64,000 nt of DNA from Octopus bimaculoides (Eukaryota), in contig NC_069002.1 in NCBI RefSeq assembly GCF_001194135.2, positions 22,459,761-22,523,760 on the forward strand, read 5' to 3'. A program made the translations under genes and the position numbers. Shown here piece after piece: positions 56,101 through 64,000 of the stretch. Numbering within the stretch: the stretch's first letter is position 1; each line of letters opens with the position of its first letter. The notes beneath the pieces are model-generated. The model saw only the letters and a list, made by a program, of their open reading frames with translations, did no database searches and was not told where the DNA came from.

Positions 56101-59100
56101 TGTCCAAACACAGCTCTACAAAGCACAAGTTTCGAGAAAAATACAAAAAAAAAAATTTTTTAAGATTAAGAATGGCAGTGTCCTGACTCAGTGCAAAATA
56201 GGGAAGAGCAAAAGTCAGATGACCCTGCCGTGTTATATATATATATATATATATATATAGGATAACCAAACATTCCTCAACAGATCCCTAGTATGTCAAT
56301 GGCCCATCTCATAGACAAAATGAAACAAAATGTTGAAAGTCAGATTGTAGGATTCCACCATATATTAAACAGAACGTTCTAGAAACACATTATTCAAGAG
56401 TTTTACTGCACGAAGGTTAGAATGGCTGAAAGAAGAACAATAGCTGTGGGCAGGATATCTTGTATCTATGACTTTTTTTTTTTATGTGGATTCATTGCTA
56501 TTCTCAAAATGCCCATCACCATGGCCACTCATAGCCAAGAAGAGCAGTAGCATAGATGCCATGCCAACTATTCTAATGAAATAATCAAAATAATGCAAAA
56601 AAAATAAAAGTGTATACACATAAAGAAGGCATCCAGCTATGTGTGTGCGCGTGCGTATGTGTGCAGGAAAGAGAGAGAGAGACCCATTTCTTTATACTGT
56701 TATCAGTCATCTAGTTAACCAATCAATTGTTTGATGAATCAATCTGAGTTGTTTTGTGACAGCTTCTGAGCTTATCTCATGATGTGACCTCATTTTTTCT
56801 GTCCTGTGCTAATGTTCATGTTAGTTTCACAAACTGATTAATCTGTCTTTGCTTCACTATTTATAGTTTATAGTGATTGGGGAGAGAGAGTGAGAGTGAG
56901 AGAGAGAGTGGTGTGTGTGTGTGTGTGTGTGTGTGTGTGCCTGCGCATGCATTAGTTTGTTTGTTGTTATATTTTGTGGCTAGCATTGATGTGCATAGTT
57001 TGTGCATTTGTGTGTATGTGTGTGTGTTGTTCATATGATAGCTTGTTGTTTATTCCTGTATATCACTGTTTAATGGTAAGTGAGTGTAAGGTGGAAGTTG
57101 GACATTTCAACTGTTTAGCTTAACTTTCAACACAAATATTTATCTTACCAAAGTATACAAATTCATCCACACACTGATGAAAGAGGAGTCATTACTTTGT
57201 CCACACTTTCTGCTGAGGTCATTCTAAATCTCTAATCAATGTACATCTTGTTTTTACTTGTCTTAATGTTGAGTTATGCCGGTACATCAATAAGATTTTT
57301 ACATCAAGGTTGTTTATCGAGCTGTCACGTTTCTCTTTGTATGTTGATACAGTACTGATGTTGATTTTTATTTTTGCACTCATACCAGTGTACCTCTATT
57401 CTTGCTACTATGTTGTGGGCCATTTCTCCATTGCAAGTTGTGGTTTCATCTTCCATGTCTCATACAGTACTGCACATTTCTAGTTTTAAAATGTATTTTT
57501 GGATTCAGTTTACATTTTAATGCAATTGTTATAGGCCATTGGTAATTTTTTTCTAAACAGGTGTCCTATCTGTCAATGATCAGTAGATCTGTCTGCTTCT
57601 CCAAATAAATAAATTTTCACCTCCTTTAAAACTTTCTCAAACGTACCTGGTCTTTGAGGGTAGCATCATAAAGACTACACCTAAGAATTAATTTTTATAC
57701 CATGAGCCTGTCTTGCCTACTTTCTTATTTTACTTGGTTTATTCCGTATCTTGTTCTGATACAGATGGCAGGTTCAATTAAGGACTGTATTATCAAAGAA
57801 AGTATGTTAATTGTTGGAAATGCTGGCTCAGTAAAGTGGCCAAGTTTGTGAAACTAACAAAAATTGCACATTAGCATGGTGAAGAGCAGATGTGGGCACA
57901 TCATAACACCACAGGGTGTAATGAAAAAAATTTCACAAACCAATTAAATGATTAATCAAATAATTGCTAAGTTAATTAGTTAACTGATTACAATAAAATA
58001 TACATGCATTTCTATTGGCAAAATAACTCCTCAAAGAACATATATACATATGCAAGAAAGTATCCATCTCAACAGCATGTCATCATCATCATTTTACAAA
58101 ATGCATGAATCTTGAGATTATCTCCCCTTGTAAAGTGGAGTTAGTTTCAGCTGACATTTGATATTTATGACATGTTCTAAAGGCAGAGAGTTTTAATAAA
58201 ACAAGAATTTGTTGTATGGTACCTGATACAACTGTATCCATTTCAGTTGTTCAAATACATGCCACTGGCCACTGAGTTATTTTTCATCATTCATTCTTGT
58301 TTAAATATATAAATCAATGAGACTTGTTGGGTAAGGCCAAAACAATGCAAGATGAGACATAAAGTAAACTACAAAAGGAAAACAAAACAGTTGGATTTTA
58401 CCTTATATTTCTATATTTCAGGGTTGTGACCCCTTCTCCAGGACATGTGGATAGGCAAAGGATCAAAAAAGGGTCATTGCTCTAATGTGTGGAGGAAGGA
58501 AGGTGACATGCACAGACTGGTATTGCCCTTGAGCTCATTCTGAACTCTTTGATGGGGCAATTAAATAGTATGCATTCCACAATGTTATCTGTGGTATTAT
58601 TTCTAGACAGAGATTTCCTCAGGGATAGACTGGTTAAGTCCCTTCTTGCTAACTGCATGTTTATACAATAGCAGTGGTTCTGTCATCAAAATAGGAGAGT
58701 TTAAATTTGGGTAAGGCATTATTCTGCCCTTATCCAATAAGTCTCTGTAATGTAATATCACTCAATGCTCCAGCCTAACAACTCAATTTTAATATAAAGG
58801 AAGCAAGCTGGAAGAATCGCACGTCAGGCAAAATGCTTGCTGGCATTTCGTCTGTCTTAACATTCTTAGTTCAAATTCTGGTATGGTCGACTTTGCCTCT
58901 CGTCCTTTCATGGTTGACAAAACAAGTACCTGTTGAGCACTAGGGTTGATGTAATTGACTTTCCCCCTCCCTAACAATTACAGGCCTCATGACAAAATTT
59001 GAAATTTATATATATATTGCTAGATACCTCCTTGTGTAAATTTGTAGATGAGAAAATAATTTGTAGATAAGAAAAAATTTGCAGACAAGAAAAAATTTGC

Positions 59101-62100
59101 AGATAAGAAAAAATTTGTAGATAATAAAAAATTTGCCAATGTTCTGCGCCGTGAGGACCAAAGACTTGAAGTATTTCGTGTTGCAAGACAGTGTGTGAGA
59201 GAGAATTGTGATGTCGTCGGAGAAAAATGTGTTCGCATGGATGATGGTACGCTTGCACTAAATGAGGCTGCAAAGAAAGAGGTTTGGAGATGCCACTACG
59301 AAAGATTGCGCAATAAAGAGAATGAATGGGAGAGAGAGAGCCTGCCGAATGTCGACCCAACAGAGGGACCATCTATCCAAGTTGACAGTACCATGGTGAC
59401 AAAGCAATTAAGAGTATGAAGACAGGGAAAGCCCCTGGCCCATCAGGAATCACTGCAGAGATGCTCAAAATATCTGGCAGTGTCGGCTATAGCCTAGTCA
59501 CCTGTATTGCTAACCAAGTGATACAAGAAGGAGTCATACCCAATGACTGGTGTAGCAGCACCATAGTCAACTGCTACAAAGGTAAAGGCGACGCTTTAGA
59601 TAAAAATAATTACAGAGGTATCAAGCTGTTAGATCAGGTAATGAAAGTCCCGGAGAGGGTTATAGCCCAACTAATCAGGGAGCGAGTCAGTTTAGATGAG
59701 ATGCAGTTTGGGTTTGTGCCAGGGAAAAGCACCACTGATGCTATATTTCTGGTAAGACAGCTGCAGGAGAAATACCTAGCCTTGACATGGAGAAAGCCTT
59801 TGACAGGGTCCCCCGAACCCTTATCTGGTGGTCAATGAGGAAACTAGGGATAGAAGAATGGTTAGTGAGAGCTGCGAGCCATGTACAGAAACACTGTCAG
59901 TAAGGTGAGGGTTGGCAACAAGTACAGTGATGAATTCCGGGTAGAGGTAGGGGTCCACCAAGGCTCTGTCCTCAGACCCCTCCTATTTATCATAGTCCTC
60001 CAGGCAATAACAGAGGAATTCAAGATAGGATGCCCCTGGCAGCTCCTCTATTCTGATGACCTTGCACTAATTGCTGAGTCACTATCAGAACTAGAGGAGA
60101 AGTTTAAGGTGTGGAAGCAGGGTCTAGAATCGAAGGGCCTTAGAGTAAACCTAGCTAAAACCAAAGTCCTAATAAGTAGGAAGGTAGATAAAACACAAAC
60201 CCCTTCAGGTAGATGGCCCTGTTCAATATGTAGAAAAGGTGTAGGTAGAAACTCTATAAGATGTACCCAGTGCAAGCTATGGACACATAAGAGGTGCAGC
60301 AATATCAAAGGAAGGTTAACTAGGAAGTTAGTGTTTGTATGTGGCNNNNNNNNNNNNNNNNNNNNNNNNNNNNNNNNTGTACGAACAGCCATGCTACATG
60401 GCAGTGAAACATGGGCCGTGACTGCTGAGGACATGCGTAAGCTTGCAAGGAATGAAGCCAGTATTCTCCGATGGATGAGTAATGTCAGTGTGCATACCCG
60501 ACAGTGTAAGTATCTTGAGAGAAAAGTTGAACATAAGAAGCATCAGTTGTGGTGTGCAAGAGAGACAATTGCGCTGGTATGGACACTTGGCGAGAATGGA
60601 TGAGGATAGCTGCGTGAAAAAGTGCCACACCCTAGCGGTTGAGGGAACCCATGGCCTTGGAAGACCTGGGATGAGGTGGTGAAGCACGACCTCTGAACAT
60701 TAAGCCTCACCGAGACAATGACTTCTGACCGTGACCTTTGGAAATATGCTGTGCATGAGAGGACCCATCAAGCCAAGTGAGACCGAAATCCAAGGCCTAT
60801 GCTAGGGATGTAGCCAGCCCACTTACGCGTAACATTCCTTCATTGGACACTAAACTCCGCTTGCGAAGACATGGTGAGGCAAGTGAAATCGAAATCAAAC
60901 TAAATTTGTAGGAACACTAAACTCCGCTTGCGAAGACCTGTTGTGGCAAGCGAAAGCGAAATCGTGATGGCACCTGTACCAGTGGAGCACTAAGAGCACC
61001 GTCCGAGCGCGATCGTTGCCAGAGCAGCTGTCTGGCTTCCGTGCCGGTGGCACGTAAATAGCACCATTTGAGCGTAATCATTGCCAGTGCCGATGGACTG
61101 GCCCCTATGCAGGTGACACATAAAATACACCATTTTGAACGTGGCCGTTGATCGTTACAAACGTCGCCTCCCTGGCACTTGTGCCAGTGGCACGTGAAAA
61201 GACATTCAAGCGAGATCGTTGCCAGTGCCAATGGACTGGCTCCTGTACAGGTGGCACGTAAAATACACCATTTCAAGCGTGGCCGTCGCCAGTACCGCCT
61301 GACTGGCCCTCGTGCCGGTGGCACATGAAAGCACCCACTACACTCTCGGAGTGGTTGGCATTAGGAAGGGCATCCAGCTGTAGAAACTCTGCCAAATCAG
61401 ATTGGAGCCTGGTGTCGCCTCCTGGTCCACCAGTCCTCAGTCAAATCGTCCAACCCATGCTAGCATGGAAAGCGGACGATAAACGACGATGATGTATATG
61501 AAACCCTATTTGCTGACAATAACTCATTGAGTACTGAATTCATATTGAATATTTAGAATGAAAACCATCATTTATCAATCTCAGGAAGTAAACAACAGTA
61601 ATCCACTCAAATTCTCCCCAACAAACCTGAGTCAATTATCCTCTCTCTCGACATATGCATGGGGTTGAGGAGAGATCAATCACTTCAAATTAACACCCAT
61701 TACACCCATTAACACTTTCCCTGTCCAAAGTATTTCCATAAGTTTTTCATTAAGCATCCATGCTTGCTTTCAGATATTTAGTCAGCCCGTGTTTCATATC
61801 TTCTGAGTGATATAAAGCTTTCCTTTCATAAATCACAAGTTACTCTGGTAGTTGAAAACAAATTGGGCATATGTATCAGATATGATGCATAGAAGCCAGA
61901 GAAATATGATTTGTATATCACATGTGATATGCAGGACAGGCAAAAGTTTTGAGTATGAAACACATTTCTGTAAGGCCTAAACCACAAGATGAATTTACTC
62001 TAATGACATCATTGTTAAAATAATTGAGCCAGAGAATAACTAAAATCAAATAACTTAATTAAAAGCAGCAGTAATTTCTCTCATGAAATGGCAAAAAAAA

Positions 62101-62831
62101 AAAAATAGAGAAAGAAAGAAAGAATGGCATTCTTTAAAAAGATGAACAAATGTCAACTTGATAAACAATTATTATAATAAATAATAGAGTAATTTCTGGG
62201 GCAAACACACATGCAGGAGAACATTATAATTCAACACTGAACATAGACAGAAAAATAAAAGAAAGCGAACATACAAACAAAAGTAGGCATTCTCAACAAA
62301 TAACTTGAAACATTATTTGTATAATTATTATCAAATTACATAAAAATACAGAACAATGTGAATATACTCAAAACAGTGCAAAAACAAAGGTAAAAAAATG
62401 AAATAAAAATTATTGTAAATTAAAATAAAAATATTTCAAATCAAAATGAAATTCCCCATTGAAAGATTTTAATGTTTTTTTCCCTTCTGTTTTAAATAAT
62501 TTAAAAAAAAAAAAAATTAAAAAAAACTCCAGATAAAAGAGTTATTCAGTGATCTCTTTAAGCTAGATAGTTAGGCAATAGTGGTAATAATAATAATTAA
62601 CTGGTGCATCAACTAAGAGCCAGTGATATTAGTTTTTAGTAGGTTGTTGTTAGAAGAGTAAAGTGAGCAACTGAATGACCAGCCAAACCAATGCTATTAA
62701 CGTGTGTGCGTGTGTGTAGGAGTTTTAACGAGGAGCAAGTTTACCGGCTGGGTGTTGTTCTTATCAGCGAAAGGGTTGAAATCATCCAAAGTGCCTTGGG
62801 TGCCACTGGTTGCCTGTCTGACGGAGGGATC
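13615..62831 (-). CDS. SCAMP: SCAMP-family gene (secretory carrier-associated membrane protein), multi-exon, partial: first and last coding exons not in window
   Basis: The spliced translation reads [29 protein letters not shown] / VPASRPT...[14 protein letters not shown]...DLQRRQE / [23 protein letters not shown] / [43 protein letters not shown] / [13 protein letters not shown]...[28 protein letters not shown] / [19 protein letters not shown]... / TM4. It contains the NPF motif, coiled coil, NNWPP, PCFYQD and the E-peptide [11 protein letters not shown] typical of SCAMPs. All junctions are GT-AG and frame-consistent. Confidence 0.97.
15033..15150 (-). CDS. SCAMP: SCAMP exon 8A, 118 bp, phase 2-0, TM4 variant A
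   Basis: Acceptor tttgcttatacttgcag|T, donor AAG|gtacag. Encodes [39 protein letters not shown] (39 aa). Confidence 0.93.
15444..15866 (+). mobile_element. Two RTE-type LINE 3' ends with (GAT)n tails flanking a palindromic MITE
   Basis: ccaacccatgctagcatggaaag(t/c)ggacgttaaacgatgatgat occurs at 15444-15495 and 15808-15866. It is the same terminus as the LINE at 59132-61494. Confidence 0.85.
15503..15704. repeat. Near-perfect inverted repeat / MITE, about 92-bp arms with a 15-nt loop
   Basis: Left arm atatttatataagggcattactatagaagaatgcc...gaggaaatgcaactct (15503-15594). Right arm agagttgcatttcctcgag...ctatagtaatgcccttaaataaatat (15610-15704). Confidence 0.92.
17050..18257 (-). mobile_element. 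5'-truncated RTE-type LINE with an assembly gap inside
   Basis: The (CAT)n tail at 17050 is followed by the 3' UTR, a gap at 17398-17840, then the ORF2 C-terminus (…[37 protein letters not shown]…[21 protein letters not shown]…[17 protein letters not shown]). Confidence 0.9.
20903..21990 (-). mobile_element. Decayed mariner-type transposon
   Basis: Track ORF 21044..21253 reads [38 protein letters not shown], a degenerate HPPYSPDLAPSDF..FPKLK..LKG motif. A TIR-like end TA|taaggtggtatcagaaagttcc lies at about 20903, and an N-terminal HTH-like remnant near 21900-21980. Confidence 0.75.
24480..25060. repeat. About 580-bp homopurine (GAAGG/GGAATT-rich) low-complexity tract with an internal about 60-bp direct repeat
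   Basis: The plus strand is almost all A/G with a recurring gaaggaattg(g/a)aagg motif. gggttaaggagttggcaggaagaaaggggaaaagaaacgaaggggg is repeated at about 24620 and 24828. Confidence 0.9.
25113..25211 (-). CDS. SCAMP: SCAMP exon 7, 99 bp, phase 2-2, TM3
   Basis: Acceptor cttttctttttcag|G, donor ACAGT|gtgagt. Encodes (R)[32 protein letters not shown](V). Confidence 0.96.
26725..28482 (-). mobile_element. 5'-truncated RTE-type LINE including part of the reverse transcriptase domain
   Basis: Track ORF 28090..28452 reads [18 protein letters not shown]…[39 protein letters not shown] (YADD). The (CAT)n tail is at 26725, with a gap at 26969-27706. Confidence 0.93.
28753..29070. repeat. Long imperfect inverted repeat / MITE, about 140-bp arms with a 36-nt loop
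   Basis: Left ggggtggaaacaaaataaaaaattgtggaaa...tttgattactagaaaaat...caagggcatttactccctcaa...aactcc pairs with right ggagtt...ttgagggagtaaatgcccttg...atttttctagtaatcaaa...tttccacaattttttattttcattccaccc. Confidence 0.9.
29305..29464 (-). CDS. SCAMP: SCAMP exon 6, 160 bp, phase 1-2, TM1-TM2 plus E peptide
   Basis: Acceptor poly-T tgcag|TG, donor TTCAG|gtgagt. Encodes (L)[52 protein letters not shown](R). Confidence 0.97.
31094..31222 (-). CDS. SCAMP: SCAMP exon 5, 129 bp, phase 1-1
   Basis: Acceptor ctatttacag|GC, donor ATGT|gtgagt. Encodes [42 protein letters not shown] and lies inside track ORF 30921..31250. Confidence 0.97.
31347..31565. mobile_element. TTAA-flanked MITE, second family (piggyBac-like termini)
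   Basis: TTAA|CTCTTTCGTTAC ... GTAACGGAAGGG|TTAA. Related internal sequence occurs in reverse at about 42540-42700 and 50900-51040. Confidence 0.7.
31824..32075 (-). mobile_element. RTE-type LINE 3' UTR fragment
   Basis: catcatcatcgtttaaagtccactttccatgctggcacgggttgga...ctacagctggatgcccttcctaatgccaaccactc. Similar fragments occur at 22490-22580(+), 33240-33395(+) and 43525-43830(-). Confidence 0.85.
32537..32603 (-). CDS. SCAMP: SCAMP exon 4, 67 bp, phase 0-1, coiled coil
   Basis: Acceptor ttttaacag|GAG, donor CAAG|gtagaa. Encodes [22 protein letters not shown](G). Confidence 0.94.
35277..35670 (-). mobile_element. Two partial reverse copies of SINE family A
   Basis: tttcagtcatttga(t/c)tg(c/t)ggccatgctg(a/g)agcacc…ctagtacttattctat…ctaagt(t)a occurs twice and is the reverse complement of 740-860. 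Confidence 0.8.
37108..37332. mobile_element. TTAA-flanked MITE (piggyBac-like), best-preserved copy
   Basis: TTAA (37104-37107) | CTCTTTAGCATT ... AATGCTGAAGGG | TTAA (37333-37336). Confidence 0.8.
38252..38469 (+). mobile_element. Solo LTR (218 bp) inserted into a SINE family C copy
   Basis: Starts TGTAG, ends CTATA (one change from CTACA), and is flanked by the 4-bp duplication CAGT (38248-38251 and 38470-38473). It has an internal AATAAA near 38403, and the SINE sequence resumes after it. Confidence 0.65.
39200..39560 (-). mobile_element. Old R4/Dong-like LINE 3' fragment
   Basis: Track ORF 39213..39395 reads [13 protein letters not shown]…, homologous to [14 protein letters not shown] of the neighbouring plus-strand copy. 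Confidence 0.6.
39779..40245 (+). mobile_element. 3' end of an R4/Dong-like non-LTR retrotransposon (restriction-like endonuclease domain) with a (TAA)n tail
   Basis: A single frame at 39779-40141 reads [82 protein letters not shown]…[14 protein letters not shown]. It contains a PD-(D/E)xK-type motif (RPD...ID...K) and four premature stops. The (TAA)n tail is at 40212-40243. Confidence 0.85.
40572..40654. repeat. (GA)n microsatellite
   Basis: Directly visible in the sequence. Confidence 0.95.
44067..44219 (-). CDS. SCAMP: SCAMP exon 3, 153 bp, phase 0-0, proline-rich region
   Basis: Acceptor attcctttcag|GTT, donor GAG|gtgagt. Encodes [51 protein letters not shown]. Confidence 0.93.
46825..47209 (+). 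mobile_element. tRNA-derived SINE, family B, well preserved and CpG-rich
   Basis: The head GGAGGCGCAATGGCCCAGTGGTTAGGGCAGCGGACTCG...GGTTTCGATTCCC contains A and B boxes. The body is about 300 bp and ends in a (CAA)n tail. Confidence 0.85.
47455..47828. mobile_element. Non-autonomous element with short subterminal inverted repeats (DINE-1/Helentron-like, tentative)
   Basis: aacctccaccaaagc near the 5' end pairs with gctaaggcggaggt at the 3' end. There is no ORF, and the classification is inferred. Confidence 0.4.
48370..48583. mobile_element. Fragment of a hAT/Charlie-like MITE
   Basis: Ends in aaaaagtttgagaaccactg, the reverse complement of CAGTGGTTCTCAAAC, a typical Charlie-type TIR. Confidence 0.5.
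49461..49530. repeat. (GAGT)n / (GTGAGT)n microsatellite
   Basis: Directly visible in the sequence. Confidence 0.9.
49981..50375 (+). mobile_element. tRNA-derived SINE family A, full-length copy
   Basis: Near-identical to 462-870 along its whole length. Confidence 0.88.
51360..53590 (-). mobile_element. Old, heavily decayed RTE-type LINE (RT remnant, ORF2 C-terminus and a long purine-rich 3' UTR variant)
   Basis: Track ORFs 53161..53391 ([13 protein letters not shown]…[13 protein letters not shown]…) and 52444..52629 (LREKLGIR…[19 protein letters not shown]). A (CAT)-type tail lies at 51360. Confidence 0.75.
54014..54898 (-). mobile_element. 5'-truncated RTE-type LINE (54014-54720, minus) with an inverted-duplicated segment (54721-54898, plus)
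   Basis: (CAT)n tail and 3' UTR as in the other copies, then a gap at 54273-54687. The reverse-strand ORF2 sequence ends at 54720 and is followed at once by sense-strand ORF2 sequence [36 protein letters not shown]…LREKL. Confidence 0.85.
59038..59135 (+). repeat. 18-bp tandem repeat, about 5 units, consensus TTTG(T/C)AGATAAGAAAAAA
   Basis: The tttg anchors fall at 59041, 59060, 59078, 59096, 59114 and 59132. Confidence 0.9.
59132..61494 (+). mobile_element. 5'-truncated RTE-type LINE: RT domain, zinc-finger-like region, ORF2 end, 3' UTR and GAT tail; frameshifted
   Basis: Track ORFs 59195, 59416 and 59881 give [67 protein letters not shown] and [26 protein letters not shown]. The terminus is ...catgctagcatggaaagcggacgataaacgacgatgatg. 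Confidence 0.95.
62745..62831 (-). CDS. SCAMP: SCAMP exon 2 (numbered by analogy to vertebrate SCAMP1), 87 bp, phase 0-0
   Basis: Acceptor ctgtttccag|GATCCC, donor CCG|gtaaac. Encodes [29 protein letters not shown], including an NPF motif. Confidence 0.93.
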
Positions 62832-63255
62832 CTGGAAACAGATAAACAGTCGCGTCAAGTAATGGAATCACCATGCATCCTTGCATCAGTGGAGGGCAGA
62901 TATTAGCTGAAGATGGTGGAATAGAGAGATACAGACATGTGCATGGAAGAAAAGGAGAGAGAGGAACAAGTAAAGGGCAGAGTAAAAGAGAGACTGGATC
63001 TGGGAGCGGGTGAATGAGAGAGAGAGATCAGTTGAATCAAATGTTATTGTAGAAATGAAATGTGGCTTTCGAAAACAGAAGTAAATATAACCTAAAGTAA
63101 ACTCTGTGAAGAGAGTGTGTATATATACATTTAAAATCTAAGATAGGGAAAGAGAGAGAGAGAGAGAGAGAGATGAAGTGAACCTAACTGAAATGGTTCT
63201 TTCCAACCTCAGTAACAAAAGTTTCCATTCCAACTTCCTATTCTAAGTGCAGTGA

Positions 63256-63284
63256 CCCTAACCCTAACCCTAACCCTAACCCTA
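63256..63284. repeat. (CCCTAA)n telomere-type repeat running into an assembly gap
   Basis: About 5 perfect units are followed by N 63285-63381 and then a G run. Confidence 0.85.
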
Positions 63285-64000
63285 NNNNNNNNNNNNNNNN
63301 NNNNNNNNNNNNNNNNNNNNNNNNNNNNNNNNNNNNNNNNNNNNNNNNNNNNNNNNNNNNNNNNNNNNNNNNNNNNNNNNNGGGGGGGGGGGTATAAGAA
63401 AGAGAAAGAGATTGTGGAGTGTTGATCACAATGCATGTGTGTCGCAATTGTTCCATCAACGGCACAAATTCATTGATAATGGAAAACGGTGGAGTATTCC
63501 AGACACAAAGCCATAACCAAATCTTGAGGCAGGCTCAGCATGATTTGGTGTGATATGGCTGAACCATACTAATCCTTTTACAAATATACTTTCATACCCG
63601 AGGTCAACTCAAAACCATAGGAGAAGATACTTCTCCATTATGCACTTTTGCATACTGGAAGAGAAACAAGCACTGAAAGGCAAACTTATTAACCAGCTGC
63701 ATGCCTCCACCCCTCTCTCACTCTCTCTCTCTCTCTCTCNNNNNNNNNNNNNNNNNNNNNNNNNNNNNNNNNNNNNNNNNNNNNNNNNNNNNNNNNNNNN
63801 NNNNNNNNNNNNNNNNNNNNNNNNNNNNNNNNNNNNNNNNNNNNNNNNNNNNNNNNNNNNNNNNNNNNNNNNNNNNNNNNNNNNNNNNNNNNNNNNNNNN
63901 NNNNNNNNNNNNNNNNNNNGGCGATAACTATTAATTTCCAGTACCGCTGCTGTAGTCTCCTTTAGAGAGACTTAGAAATATTAATAACTCTATTTCTGAA

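Noticed and set aside
61041-61324. Regularly spaced palindromic repeats resembling a CRISPR array
   Set aside because: The context is eukaryotic, the spacers are homologous to each other, there are no cas genes, and the array lies inside a LINE 3' UTR.
17198-63934. Long track ORFs made mostly of X (17198, 17208, 19869-20554, 26802-27850, 34099-35129, 54089-55099, 63209-63934)
   Set aside because: They run through N gaps and are artefacts. The real residues flanking the gaps are LINE UTR, LINE ORF2 or microsatellite.

Overview
This is AT-rich, gap-containing eukaryotic genomic DNA from a draft assembly. The repeat families, microsatellites and long introns look like an octopus/cephalopod genome; this is inferred from memory of the repeats, not from a search. 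One protein-coding gene spans the window on the minus strand: a secretory carrier-associated membrane protein (SCAMP). I reconstructed internal exons with canonical GT-AG sites and consistent phases at 62745-62831, 44067-44219, 32537-32603, 31094-31222, 29305-29464 and 25113-25211. The first and last coding exons were not found and probably lie outside the window. The main discovery is that the exon encoding the last transmembrane helix is present twice, at 15033-15150 and 13615-13732. Both copies are 118 bp with phase 2 in and phase 0 out, and they encode 39-aa peptides that are only 5/39 identical. Joining both creates a stop after 10 codons, and skipping both shifts the frame, which is the signature of a mutually exclusive exon pair. 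The second copy is absent from the supplied ORF track. The introns are full of decayed or 5'-truncated RTE-type LINEs, R4/Dong-like LINE ends, Tc1/mariner fossils, several tRNA-derived SINE families, TTAA-flanked MITEs, a solo LTR, long hairpins and microsatellites. No rRNA, true tRNA or CRISPR array is supported. Most ORFs in the track are repeat or gap artefacts.
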